Below are positions 48,964 to 59,052 of a stretch of DNA of 64,000 bases, in pieces. Under the pieces are notes generated by a model. That model was given only the letters and a program-made list of their open reading frames with translations, was not told where the DNA came from and did not search any database. Numbering within the stretch: the first letter of the stretch is position 1; each line of letters begins with the position of its first letter. Position numbers and translations under genes: made by a program. Origin of the DNA: Myxococcota bacterium (GTDB lineage: Bacteria > Myxococcota_A > UBA9160 > SZUA-336); contig CBDFGR010000003.1 of NCBI GenBank assembly GCA_965247115.1, forward strand, positions 2,432,001 through 2,496,000, written 5' to 3'.

Positions 48964-50154
48964 TTAGACGGAGAGGACCTGGGGTGTGAGCCCCATTCTG
49001 TCGAGCTCGATTGTTATCTCGTTACGATAGATTGGATTCATGAGGATCACTGCGTCGGGCTGGTAGCTACGAAGGGCGCCGGGGGCTACGATTTCCTGCC
49101 CCGTACCTGCCTGGAATTTGCCTTGCTTTCGCTCGTTTATGTCGACGACGTACTCGATCTCGTCATGGACACGGAGAGTCGCGAGGAAGCCGGCCGCTTT
49201 CGAACCCGATCCCCATACGGCCATGCGTTTCCCCTGGGCGCTTAAGTCGTCGAGCTTTTGCCGCCAGCGCTTCACCTCCTGGGAGACGTTCCGAGAGAAC
49301 CTCTCAACGCTTGCGAGCACCTCTTCGAGGTCGTCTTCTCCGGGTAGAGGAGCGGCCCTCGGCTCTGGGCCAGAAGTTGCAACGATAGTCAGGTACTGAT
49401 CGTCATAAACTCTGTCGAGCTCCAGAATCTGATGGTCGCAGGAGCGAAACAGACGCGCCAACGATCCCAAGCTGAAGTAGCTACAGTGCTCGTAATAGAG
49501 GTCCCAGAATGCGTTCTCGGAAAGAATGCGGGTGACGTCGGGAACCTCGAAGAATATTCGCGCGCCAGGCCTGGCGCTAGCGGAACCCCGGATCATCTGT
49601 ATGAACGCTCTTGGATGCGCTACGTGCTCTAGCGTGTGACGGCACGCGAAGAAGTCACCGAGCGTGCCCAAGTCCTGTCCGCCATAGAGTTCTCTCACGA
49701 GGGTCACGCGATTGTCTTGCCGGGCTTGCTGATTTGGGGGAGTTAGCGGGTCAAACCCTAATCCGAGATTATCTCCGAGTTCGCAGATCGCTCGCAGGAA
49801 CTCACCGCTGCCGGATCCGATCTCGATGATGGTCTTTTCCCGCAGTCCATGGCGCTCGATGAGTCCATCGCACAGCCCGCGTAGGTACCTGGAGAAGTGC
49901 GGCGAGAATGCTTGGGAGGTCTCGTAGGCCGACTCAGGGACTTGAGTGGGTTCCTGGAAGAGTGAGTTGGCGATGAACCCGCAGACCTCGCAGATCACCA
50001 GCTGCAGGTCCATCCTCGGGAAGGCTAGCGCAGCCTCTCGTGAATCCAGCAGCACAGTGCTCTCGACGGGAATGTCGGACACTTCGTAGAAGACCCGCAG
50101 CCGATCCGCGCCGCAAGCACGGCAGAGGTCAGATGCGATCACACCGCCTCCCAT
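48964..50154 (-). CDS. NDP-sugar C-methyltransferase-like (Zn-binding N-terminus), copy 1
   Basis: CRAC..CEVC, EIGSGSG, RHTLEH, YYEHCSYFS, WGSGSK and DINERKQGK motifs. Confidence 0.85.
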   Translation of the reverse strand: MGGGVIASDLCRACGADRLRVFYEVSDIPVESTVLLDSREAALAFPRMDLQLVICEVCGFIANSLFQEPTQVPESAYETSQAFSPHFSRYLRGLCDGLIERHGLREKTIIEIGSGSGEFLRAICELGDNLGLGFDPLTPPNQQARQDNRVTLVRELYGGQDLGTLGDFFACRHTLEHVAHPRAFIQMIRGSASARPGARIFFEVPDVTRILSENAFWDLYYEHCSYFSLGSLARLFRSCDHQILELDRVYDDQYLTIVATSGPEPRAAPLPGEDDLEEVLASVERFSRNVSQEVKRWRQKLDDLSAQGKRMAVWGSGSKAAGFLATLRVHDEIEYVVDINERKQGKFQAGTGQEIVAPGALRSYQPDAVILMNPIYRNEITIELDRMGLTPQVLSV

Positions 50155-50193
50155 CGTACGCCGATCTTGCCAACGCGATGGCCTGAAGGTGTC

Positions 50194-50856
50194 TTAGTTG
50201 GTGGGACGAAGTACACCGAGTTTGAGCTTCGGGGCGTAGAAGGCTTCCGCGTATCTGCTGGGCGAGCGACATTCCATTCCCCTCAGCCGCAGTAAAGAGT
50301 AGAAGGTGTCCTCGGTAAACCAGTCCCGTCCGTGTTGGCTCTCAAAGCACGTGTAGAGAGCTTCGAATTTTCGCTGGCAGATCTCCTGGGATAGCGGGAC
50401 AAAGACGTTTGGTGCTCCGAGATCTCCGTCCCACTTCGGGATTTCGTACTCGAGAATCAGATGATCGCGGAAGCTGCTCCAGGTCAGCTCCGAGATGAGA
50501 CGGTGATCCTGGTGGAGGTCGCCACGCTGGTGGGTGAGGATGAGATCGGGCGAGAACTCGCGCTTGAGCCTCTCGAAGTACTCCTTGATGGCGGTACCAC
50601 AGTAGGGAAAGAAGCTCTCCCGAAACTCCTCAACGGCGATGTGCCTGGACCGGGCCTGTGAAAGAAAGATCTCCGCGGACTTCAGGGCCTCTCTCTTTCG
50701 TTGCTCATCCGATGCAAAGACGACCCAGTAGACCTCTGCGCTGGGGACCTGCTCGAGGATTGTGAGAATGGTCCCCCCACAGCCGATCTCGATATCGTCA
50801 CAGTGTGCGCCCAGGCACAGGATCCGATCCACACCCGTGGGATGGAGCTCAATCAT
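50194..50856 (-). CDS. PIG-L/LmbE family deacetylase
   Basis: GAHCDDIEIGCGG, DLHQDH and YAEAF motifs. Confidence 0.9.
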   Translation of the reverse strand: MIELHPTGVDRILCLGAHCDDIEIGCGGTILTILEQVPSAEVYWVVFASDEQRKREALKSAEIFLSQARSRHIAVEEFRESFFPYCGTAIKEYFERLKREFSPDLILTHQRGDLHQDHRLISELTWSSFRDHLILEYEIPKWDGDLGAPNVFVPLSQEICQRKFEALYTCFESQHGRDWFTEDTFYSLLRLRGMECRSPSRYAEAFYAPKLKLGVLRPTN

Positions 50857-52129
50857 CCTCAGGATCAATCACTTCCAGCTTGGGAATCGGGATCACAATC
50901 TTGGCTCCCCAAGCTTTTGTGTACTGCAGCTGCTCCAAGACTTCGTCTCGCAGGTTCCATGGCAGAATCAGGATATAGTCGGGTCGAGTCTGCTCGAGAC
51001 GGTCTGGTGGGAAGATCGGGATGTGCGTGCCTGGCAGGAATTTTCCCTGCTTGTGCGGGTTGCGGTCAACTGTGTAGTCGATGAAGTCCGTTCGAACCCC
51101 GCAGTAGTTCAGAAGCGTGTTTCCCTTTCCTGGCGCTCCGTATCCGGCGATCGTCTTCCCTGCGGTCTTTGCGTCGACCAGGAACGAGAGGAGATCTCGT
51201 TTCGTCTGCTCAACATGCGGCGCGAAACCGGCGTAGCCCTCGAGCGAATCCAGCTGCGCATCTCGCTCGAGCGTTCGCAAGGCCTCGAGTCGATCTTGGA
51301 CTGAATTCGAATCATCTTCGGCGTGTCTCGCCCATATCCGGAGCGAGCCGCCGTGCGTAGGCAGCTCCTCGACGTCGAATAGCGCGAGTCCCTGGTCGGC
51401 AAAAATGCGCTCCGTCGTTACAAGCGAGAAGTATGAGAAATGCTCATGATAGATGGTGTCGAACTGGTTCCCGCGAATTAGCCGCAAGAGGTGCGGAAAC
51501 TCCATCGTCACCGTACCGCCTGGCCTGAGGAGGGTTTTCACGCCCCCCACGAAGTCGGTGAGGTCGGGAACCTGAGCCAGCACGTTGTTCCCTATGATGA
51601 GATCTGCGCATCTCCCCTCCGCCGCGAGTTCGCGGGCCGTCTCCTGACCGAAGAACTTCACAAGAGTCGGTACGCCCTTCTGGTTAGCTGCTGCCGCGAT
51701 GTTGGTAGCAGGTTCGATGCCGAGACAGGGGATGCCGTTCTCAACAAAGTTGCAGAGCAAGTATCCGTCGTTGCTCGCGAGTTCAACCACAAAGCTCTGA
51801 TCTGTGAGGCCGAGTCGGCCCACAACCTCCCGAGAGTAATCTGCTGCGTGCGCGAGCCAGCTGCTGGAATATGACGAGAAATACGCGTAGTCGGAGAAGA
51901 TCTCCTCCGGGTGAACGTACTCGCTTAGCTGAACGAGAAGGCAATCTGCGCAGACAAAGGCCGAGAGAGGGTAGAAGGGTTCCATCCGGTCCAACTCGTG
52001 CGCCGCGAGGTAGCTCTCGCACAGGGGGGACATCCCGAGATCTACGAAGGTCTCGGTGCGGGAGGAGCCGCAAAAGCGACAGGTACGTCGGGGGGCTTGA
52101 GTCTCCTCGCGCATCTCGCTCTCCGGCAC
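50849..52129 (-). CDS. NDP-hexose C-methyltransferase, copy 2
   Basis: CRFC..CADC, ELASNDGYLL, FDTIYHEHFSY, THGGSLR and YGAPGKGNTLLNY motifs. Confidence 0.9.
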   Translation of the reverse strand: MPESEMREETQAPRRTCRFCGSSRTETFVDLGMSPLCESYLAAHELDRMEPFYPLSAFVCADCLLVQLSEYVHPEEIFSDYAYFSSYSSSWLAHAADYSREVVGRLGLTDQSFVVELASNDGYLLCNFVENGIPCLGIEPATNIAAAANQKGVPTLVKFFGQETARELAAEGRCADLIIGNNVLAQVPDLTDFVGGVKTLLRPGGTVTMEFPHLLRLIRGNQFDTIYHEHFSYFSLVTTERIFADQGLALFDVEELPTHGGSLRIWARHAEDDSNSVQDRLEALRTLERDAQLDSLEGYAGFAPHVEQTKRDLLSFLVDAKTAGKTIAGYGAPGKGNTLLNYCGVRTDFIDYTVDRNPHKQGKFLPGTHIPIFPPDRLEQTRPDYILILPWNLRDEVLEQLQYTKAWGAKIVIPIPKLEVIDPEDD

Positions 52130-52131
52130 TA

Positions 52132-53361
52132 CTAGACGATCTCTGGGGCCGGGAGGGGAATTATGAACTTGCCACCCCGTTCCCGGTACGCTTGCTGCTG
52201 GGCGAGGATCTCGTCCTTGTAGTTCCAGGCCAGAAGCAGCACGTAGTCTGGCATCTCTCGCAGGAGCTTGGCGGGAGGGTGGATCCTGAGGCGGCTTCCC
52301 GGAGTGTAGCGACCGTGCTTGTGCGAGTTCGCATCTACGGCGAACTCCAGCGCACCTTGCTCTAGATGGAGGTAGCTGAGCAACGTCGTGGCCATGCCAC
52401 CGGCCGCTCCGTAGGCTGCGATCTTCTTGCCCTTCCTCTTGAGGTCCGCGATGAGATCCACCAACCGGCTGCGAGTCTCTTTGGTCCTGGCGGCGAATGT
52501 CGCGTAGTAGTCGGACCGCGCAATACCTTTAGCGGCTTCCTCGGCCAAGAGCTTACTCACTGAGTCCTGGACCCTTTCGCTGGGCTCGAGGAAGAGTCGC
52601 AGGGAGCCTCCGAAGGTCGGAAGGTGCTTGAACTCGTTGAGGTAGAGGCCGTGGCGGCGGAAAAGTCGGTCCAGCGCTGTCGCGGAGAAGTAGCAGACAT
52701 TCTGGTGGAAGATCATGTCGAACTGGCCCTGATCCAGTAGCGTGACTGCGTAGGGCACCTCGAGGACGCAGGCCCCGTCATCCTTGAGTAGGATTTTGAC
52801 CCCCTCCGCGAAGTCATCCAGATCAGAGACCAGGTTGAGTACATTGTTGCCGAGCACCAGATCTGCGCTGGAGCCCTGACTGACGAGTTCTCTGGCCAGA
52901 TCCGCGCTGAAGAACTCACATAAGGTCGGGACACCGGCCTCCCTGGCCACATGGGCGGGTCCACTGGCAGGGTCGATGCCGACGACCTCTATACCCTGTT
53001 CGGAAAACACTCGAAGCATGTAGCCATCGTTGCTCGCGATTTCTATAGCGCGATGGCCGGAGCCCAGCGCGAGGCGCTCGATCAGTTCGTCTGCGCTAGT
53101 GGCGAAGTGGCGAGTTAGGGATGGCAGACTCGAGGTGTAGTAGGGGTACTCACCGCGGTAGAGCAGATCCTGCGGCAACGTGTCCATCAGCTGCACCAGC
53201 GTGCACGTCGGACAGAAGCTCAGGTTGAGGGGAAAGATCGGATCGGGCTCGGAGAGTTGCTCATCGGTCAGGATCAGATCGGCGACCGGTGTGGGGCCAA
53301 ACGACAGAATCAGCTCGAGATCGGAGCGGCAGGCTCGGCAGGTTCGTCTCTGCTCGGCCAT
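52132..53361 (-). CDS. NDP-hexose C-methyltransferase-like, copy 3 (divergent active site)
   Basis: [29 protein letters not shown] and LLAWNY motifs. Confidence 0.85.
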   Translation of the reverse strand: MAEQRRTCRACRSDLELILSFGPTPVADLILTDEQLSEPDPIFPLNLSFCPTCTLVQLMDTLPQDLLYRGEYPYYTSSLPSLTRHFATSADELIERLALGSGHRAIEIASNDGYMLRVFSEQGIEVVGIDPASGPAHVAREAGVPTLCEFFSADLARELVSQGSSADLVLGNNVLNLVSDLDDFAEGVKILLKDDGACVLEVPYAVTLLDQGQFDMIFHQNVCYFSATALDRLFRRHGLYLNEFKHLPTFGGSLRLFLEPSERVQDSVSKLLAEEAAKGIARSDYYATFAARTKETRSRLVDLIADLKRKGKKIAAYGAAGGMATTLLSYLHLEQGALEFAVDANSHKHGRYTPGSRLRIHPPAKLLREMPDYVLLLAWNYKDEILAQQQAYRERGGKFIIPLPAPEIV

Positions 53362-53378
53362 GTGCGATCCGCATTTGG

Positions 53379-54383
53379 TCAACAGGTTTCCAGGAGGCTG
53401 AATCGTTTTGTAAGCGCTCTTAGCCTGACGAAGCGATCGGATTCAAAGTGCTGCTTTGAGAAGCCGTAGTCGACCATCTTCGAGTGGAGCTCTTCCAGCC
53501 CGGAGTCCAAGGTGTACGCCAGCTTGAAGTTGGGCAGAATCTCGTTCAATAGGTCGAATCTCACGCGATAGTCTCGGGGATCGGCGCCAGTTTCGCCGGT
53601 GAATACAACAGCTGCACTGGGAATGAGCCTCTTGACGCTCTCCGCAACGTCCTTGACCTGGTAGTTCTCATCGTTGCCGCCTACGTTGACGGCCTTGTTG
53701 TGGATCATGTCGCGAGGTGCGCTGGCAAAGGCGCAGAACGCCCGCGCGATGTCCCGGCAGTGGATCAAAGGCCTCCACGGAGTGCCGTCGCTCATGATGC
53801 GGATCTCCCCGTAGGACATGGCCGAAGCGAGCAGGTTATTGACTACCAGGTCTACCCGGAGCATGGGCGAGTAGCCGTAGGCCGTTGCGTTCCGCAGGTA
53901 TGTCGGCGTGAATTCGTCATCCGCCAGTTCGGACACGCCGGTTTCGGTCTCGATCTTCGAACGTGCGTACGCGCTAAGGGGTGCAAGGGGATCTCCCTCT
54001 TCCAGGTCGAGCTTCTCGCCCGCTCCGTATACCGAACAGCTTCCCGAGAAGAGAAATCGCGCAACCCCCGCCTGCTTGGCGAGCTTTGCAATGCGAATCG
54101 AGGCATCCCGGTTGACGCTGTACGTAATCTCTTCGTTGAGGTCTCCCATCGGATCATTGGAGATCGCGGCCAAGTGCATCACGCAGTCGTAGCCCTCGAG
54201 ATCTCCTATGGAGAGAGTTCGGATATCTCGCGGGAGCTCCTCGTCCGGCTGAGGTAGCTCAGCGAATTCGCATCCGTCGAAGAGGCCGAGATCGCACCCC
54301 GTTACCGAGTGCCCCTCGGCTTTCAAGAGCTCGACTAGGTGAGTCCCGATATAGCCTCTATGACCGGTGACTAGCGTCTTCAT
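53379..54383 (-). CDS. NAD-dependent epimerase/dehydratase (extended SDR)
   Basis: [23 protein letters not shown] and LRNATAYG motifs. Confidence 0.88.
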   Translation of the reverse strand: MKTLVTGHRGYIGTHLVELLKAEGHSVTGCDLGLFDGCEFAELPQPDEELPRDIRTLSIGDLEGYDCVMHLAAISNDPMGDLNEEITYSVNRDASIRIAKLAKQAGVARFLFSGSCSVYGAGEKLDLEEGDPLAPLSAYARSKIETETGVSELADDEFTPTYLRNATAYGYSPMLRVDLVVNNLLASAMSYGEIRIMSDGTPWRPLIHCRDIARAFCAFASAPRDMIHNKAVNVGGNDENYQVKDVAESVKRLIPSAAVVFTGETGADPRDYRVRFDLLNEILPNFKLAYTLDSGLEELHSKMVDYGFSKQHFESDRFVRLRALTKRFSLLETC

Positions 54384-54418
54384 GCGGGAAGTGGAATGTT
54401 GACGTCGGTCTTCGATCA

Positions 54419-55402
54419 ATGCAAGACTGCTCTGAAGGAGCTGGCGGGAGAACGGTCGACGCGATGGAGCCCGCGCTTACGACGGTTGTCATCGTGACGT
54501 ATCAGTCCAGTGTGACTGTGCGGGATGCACTCAACTCTCTGCGTGAGCCGTGCTCGAATAGGCAACTCCGGTGCATCGTCGTTGATAACGCGAGCTCGGA
54601 TGGAACGCTCGAGCTTTTGAGGCAAGAGACGGACTGGCTGGAGCTGATCGAGTTTCCCGTCAATGTAGGGTACGGCAGGGCCTGCAATCGAGCCTGGGGG
54701 GAATCCAGGACTCCGTACGTGCTCTTTCTGAATCCCGACGCCAGGCTAGAGATGTCGGCACTCAGCATGCTCGTCGACTTCATGGAGGAGCATCCAAAGG
54801 CGGGAATCGTAGCCCCTGCTCTGATCGACGCGGAGGGGAACTCTCATCTAGTGGGGGGTCTCCCGACACCGTGGGGGGTCGTGGGGGCTAGCCTGCGCTT
54901 GCGACGGCCTCACCGACAGTGTATCGCCCCAGGTAGCGCTCCGTTCGAGACAGACTGGCTGTGCGGGGCGGTCCAGTTGGTGCGTGGCGAGCTCTGGAGG
55001 CACCTCGGTGGCTTTGATCCCCGTTTCTTTCTGTACTTTGAGGAGACGGACCTGTGTGTTCGTGCACGGCAGGCGGGTTACGAGCTCTGGGCGGTTGGAG
55101 AGGCCGTCGGATTCCATGCGCGGGGTCGGAGTGCCGTTGGTTCAGGACTTCCGCTCAGCGGTAGCATGATCTCGACTCATTTCTATCGCAGCCGCATGTA
55201 CTACCTTGCGAAGCATCACGGATGGCCACAAGCCATTGCCGCCGAGCTCGCGGACGTACTTGGATGTGGTGCCCGGGCGCTGGCTCGCAAGGTCCTTGGC
55301 CGAGATGCTTCTGATCTCGTTGCTCGCTTGCGGGCGCCGATTCTGCGGACTCCCGCAAGGGTGGGGTCTCTCCGCGAACTAGAGCCCTCTCAGTCGAACT
55401 AG
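54419..55402 (+). CDS. Glycosyltransferase family 2
   Basis: VIVTY, VDNASSDGT, NVGYGRACN, FLNPD and GGFDPRFFLYFEETDL motifs; start may be 54464. Confidence 0.9.
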   Translation: MQDCSEGAGGRTVDAMEPALTTVVIVTYQSSVTVRDALNSLREPCSNRQLRCIVVDNASSDGTLELLRQETDWLELIEFPVNVGYGRACNRAWGESRTPYVLFLNPDARLEMSALSMLVDFMEEHPKAGIVAPALIDAEGNSHLVGGLPTPWGVVGASLRLRRPHRQCIAPGSAPFETDWLCGAVQLVRGELWRHLGGFDPRFFLYFEETDLCVRARQAGYELWAVGEAVGFHARGRSAVGSGLPLSGSMISTHFYRSRMYYLAKHHGWPQAIAAELADVLGCGARALARKVLGRDASDLVARLRAPILRTPARVGSLRELEPSQSN

Positions 55403-56208
55403 TGGCCGGCCTGCTCAACCCCCTTGACCTGGACGCATTGCGAGAGAGCTTCTCTGCTGCAAGGCCATTTCCGTTCGTCCTGATCGAGCAGCTTCTTGAT
55501 CCTGAGTTCGCTCTCGAAGTTGCGGAGTGTTATCCGACCTTCCAGGATTCCGCAGAGCAAGGGTTCCACTTCAATCGTGTGAACGAACAGAAGAAGGTCC
55601 AGATCACGAACGCTGAGGTGTTCCCCGAGCCCGTGAGGCGTCTCAACGACGCACTCGCCGCACCTGAGTTTCTCCGAGACATTGAGTACATCACCAACAC
55701 TCCAAAGCTCCTCGCAGACGAATCCCTGGCCGGAGGTGGGATGCATGTGACCGGGTCCGGTGGACGACTGGACGTTCACGTTGACTTCAACTACGTGGCT
55801 GACAGGCAACTCCATCGCCGACTAAACATCCTGCTCTATCTCAACCCCGAGTGGCAGGACGAGTGGGGAGGCGCGGTGGAGCTCTGGGATCGGCGGGTGA
55901 AGATCTGCCACCACTCGATCAAACCACTGCTGAACCGTTGCGTCCTCTTCGCGACCAGCGAGATCAGCTTCCATGGTGTCGAGCCCGTGGCGTGCCCGAG
56001 TGGCCTGGTTCGGCGGTCATTCGCTGCCTACTACTACACCAAGGAGCCGCCTCCCGAGTTCGATGGACGCCAGCACAGCACGGTGTTCGTTGCACGCCCG
56101 GAAGAGCGCCTACGCAGATACCTGCTGATGCCCGCGGAGAGGCTCCAGCGCAACCTGAGCGGCGGCTTGGAAGCCGCGAAGAAGGTCCTGAAGACATGGC
56201 TGCCCTAG
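55402..56208 (+). CDS. 2OG-Fe(II) oxygenase (prolyl-hydroxylase-like)
   Basis: PFPF, GGGMH, HVD, RRLNILLYLN, SFHG and RRS.A.YYY motifs. Confidence 0.88.
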   Translation: MAGLLNPLDLDALRESFSAARPFPFVLIEQLLDPEFALEVAECYPTFQDSAEQGFHFNRVNEQKKVQITNAEVFPEPVRRLNDALAAPEFLRDIEYITNTPKLLADESLAGGGMHVTGSGGRLDVHVDFNYVADRQLHRRLNILLYLNPEWQDEWGGAVELWDRRVKICHHSIKPLLNRCVLFATSEISFHGVEPVACPSGLVRRSFAAYYYTKEPPPEFDGRQHSTVFVARPEERLRRYLLMPAERLQRNLSGGLEAAKKVLKTWLP

Positions 56209-56306
56209 GGCCTGTGAAGCGGTTTCGTCTTCCTATCGCCACGTGCGCCCCAAGCTGCAACTCCCCGTTCTCGGCTGGCCAGACCCAAGAGCCATTGCGT
56301 TCCGGC

Positions 56307-58400
56307 CTACTCCGGGGGTGAGCTGTCGAGGGTGAGGCCTTGGATCTGGGCGGGACTCAGGGCCCGCTCGTAGATCCGCACGTCGTCGATCAGGCCGTCG
56401 AACGATTTCGTGCCGGCCCCCTGTGGCTGGTTCCCGATTGCGGCGAGCACGCCGGGATTGGTGTCCAGCGGACCCAACTTCGGCATGTTGCCTACTTCCA
56501 TGCCGTCCTTGTAGATCCGCATCGAGCCGCCGTCGTACACCGCTGCTACGTGCGTCCACACTCCGGGCGACAGATCCCCCGAGGACGCGATCAGTGTCGT
56601 CGTCGCTCCGAGCGTGCGCAGGCGGAAGCGCAGCCGCGTGAGGCCGCCCGACTCAATCGTGCTCACCATCCAGTAGTGGGCGGCCGACGCGGCCCCCGTC
56701 GCCTTGGAGATCAGGCGCCCGTCCTGAGATCCGCCCCCGAAGCCGTTCGCTTTGAACCACAGCGCGATCGTGAGAGGCTCGCCCAGGATGTCGAGACCGC
56801 CGAGATCGATGAGATCGTTGGTATCGAACTCGAGCGCGGAACCGCCTCCGTCCGGAGTGTCCGCCACCCACTGTGGGCCCACCAGGTTGCCCGCGTTCCC
56901 GTTCCCGCTGTCGTCCGAGGCTACCGCGCCAAACCCCTCGTCGAAGCGCCAGTGGGCGATCAGAGCGGGGTCCCCCGGCGGAATCACCTGGACCGCCACC
57001 AACTTGCGAATCCAACCATCCTGCTTCGTGGTGACGTGAAGCTCCCCAGCAAGGTCGATGGCAAACCGGAGATCCGTCCGGCCGATACCGGGGTCTCCCA
57101 GCGCGATCCGCACGATCTCCAAGAGCGTCTTATGCTCTCCTTCGTGCAAAAGACTCAGTTCATACACAGGCGCGGTGGTAGATGGATCGTCGTCATCCGC
57201 AGCGACGAGATCGCTCACAGCTGAGTAGAAGATTCGACCGTTCACAATATCGCCGAATACGAACTTCCCGCGTAGCTCGGCAATGGATCCGCGATACACA
57301 AACCCCCCTGCTATCGCTCGGCCCTCATCATGGTCATACTGGGCGACCGGGTATCTGAACCCGAAACCGGCATCGTTGCCGGGCAAGCCGAATACAGTCT
57401 GCGGATCCGTGGCCACGTCAATCGCGAAGGTCCCCTCGCGCAGCGGCCAGCCATAGTTCCCGCCCTCTGTGAGAAGGTTGACCTCCTCGATGTTCGCCTC
57501 CCCGATGTCGCTGACGATTGCGGCAAGCAGGCCGTCTGGGTCCCAAGAGATGCGATGCGCGTTGCGGAACCCGTGCGCATAGATCTCACCGAGCGTGTCG
57601 GGGTCTCCGTCGTTAGCGTAGGGGTTGGTGCTCGGAATTCCGTAGAAGTAGGTCGTGCCGTTCCTCATGAACGGTCCGCCTAGTGGATCGATTCGCATTA
57701 GCGCACCAAAGGGAGTATCGAGCCGCTGTAGTTGCTCTGGCTGACCCGTCTGCACGGAGCCAAAGTCGCCCGCAGCGACGTATAGGAGTCCGTAGTCGGA
57801 GTCCGCGGGTGTCGCAGTGGGATTGAAGGCGATCTCGCCCAGGTTGTGAAAGTGGTGCGGGGCTGCAATCCGCATCAGCTCTCGAGATGTTCCCGAGAAG
57901 GTGTTGGCTCCTGGATCGCTGGCCTGCCACTCGGTCAACACCGAATGCTGGACGATCGGCGCAGGTACCGCGGGCCCAAGGTTCGCCAGAGTCGATCCCA
58001 CGAACTCTGAGTGGACCGTATAGAACAGGCCGTTGATCCCAAACTCGGGATCCAAGGCGAAGCTGACGAACCCAGACGCGAGCCCAGGATTGATCTTCAG
58101 AAGTGAGAAATCCGCGCTTAAGTCTAGATATGTCTCGGGGATGCCAAATTCGATCACGTATAGCGGACCGTTCAAGTCGTTCACAAAGAGTCGGCCGCTT
58201 CCGTCTGGCGCTTCCCTCAGAACGTTGACTCGTGCGTGTGGTGGTGACGGGGAGCTGAACGGAACCTGGACAACGTCCTCGATGACTACAGTCAGCCCGT
58301 CATCGAGTATCGGGCCGGAAAGCATGCCGGCGAGTGCCGTCGAGCCCGAACAGAGAACGAGCGAGATCGCCACAAGCCAACCAGAATGTAGCCGTATCAT
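56307..58400 (-). CDS. Exported PQQ-dependent sugar-dehydrogenase-like beta-propeller with a C-terminal LamG domain
   Basis: HNLGEIAF, EIYAHGFRN, GGNYGWP.REG; C-terminal AHWRFDEG, WTHVAAVYDG, FDGLIDDVRIY.RALS. Confidence 0.85.
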   Translation of the reverse strand: MIRLHSGWLVAISLVLCSGSTALAGMLSGPILDDGLTVVIEDVVQVPFSSPSPPHARVNVLREAPDGSGRLFVNDLNGPLYVIEFGIPETYLDLSADFSLLKINPGLASGFVSFALDPEFGINGLFYTVHSEFVGSTLANLGPAVPAPIVQHSVLTEWQASDPGANTFSGTSRELMRIAAPHHFHNLGEIAFNPTATPADSDYGLLYVAAGDFGSVQTGQPEQLQRLDTPFGALMRIDPLGGPFMRNGTTYFYGIPSTNPYANDGDPDTLGEIYAHGFRNAHRISWDPDGLLAAIVSDIGEANIEEVNLLTEGGNYGWPLREGTFAIDVATDPQTVFGLPGNDAGFGFRYPVAQYDHDEGRAIAGGFVYRGSIAELRGKFVFGDIVNGRIFYSAVSDLVAADDDDPSTTAPVYELSLLHEGEHKTLLEIVRIALGDPGIGRTDLRFAIDLAGELHVTTKQDGWIRKLVAVQVIPPGDPALIAHWRFDEGFGAVASDDSGNGNAGNLVGPQWVADTPDGGGSALEFDTNDLIDLGGLDILGEPLTIALWFKANGFGGGSQDGRLISKATGAASAAHYWMVSTIESGGLTRLRFRLRTLGATTTLIASSGDLSPGVWTHVAAVYDGGSMRIYKDGMEVGNMPKLGPLDTNPGVLAAIGNQPQGAGTKSFDGLIDDVRIYERALSPAQIQGLTLDSSPPE

Positions 58401-59052
58401 TTCCGGCTCCTGGCGTACCCTATCGGCACGTGGTCCTCTAGGATGATAGCCGTGACCTCCGACGAGACCGCTTGCCCGCGCCTTCCGTTGAACATCCCGG
58501 CTCTGTGGCAGGAGCCGCGGGCGCGGATAGGCACTGCTCCGCGAACGGCCGTGACTGAAAGCTAGATCGGTAGGTTACGGCTCTTCTGTCTCTTTATCGG
58601 GGCTTGCCAACGTGGTTGTCGCCGGTTCGAGTCCACCACAAGCGCGGGTCTCGGGGGCGAACTCATCGAGTGGCTCAACCGCTTCTGACGAGCTCAAATT
58701 GGCCCACAGTGGTCTGCACCAGCCTTTCGATGCGCCTGGTGATCTCTTCGCCGGTCATAGCAGCCCCACTGAGTGGGAGCGCCTCTTCCGAGAAGGAGCA
58801 GGAGCGCGACGGTCGTCGGCTCAGCCCTTTATGGAGGAGCTCGCGCGCGATGCCCATCCCGTCACCGAGGCGAAGACCGTCCGTCTGCAGCGCCGCGAGA
58901 GCATCGAGGTCCTGAATGGCGCCTGCCTCCAGGCGTCGGAGCAGCCCGGCGGCTACTGACTTCGTTCTCAAGACGAATCTGCCCCCACCGATCCGAAGCC
59001 GTGACGCCGTAGCGCCCATGCCACCAGGAGATATAGTCCGGACGGAAGGAGC

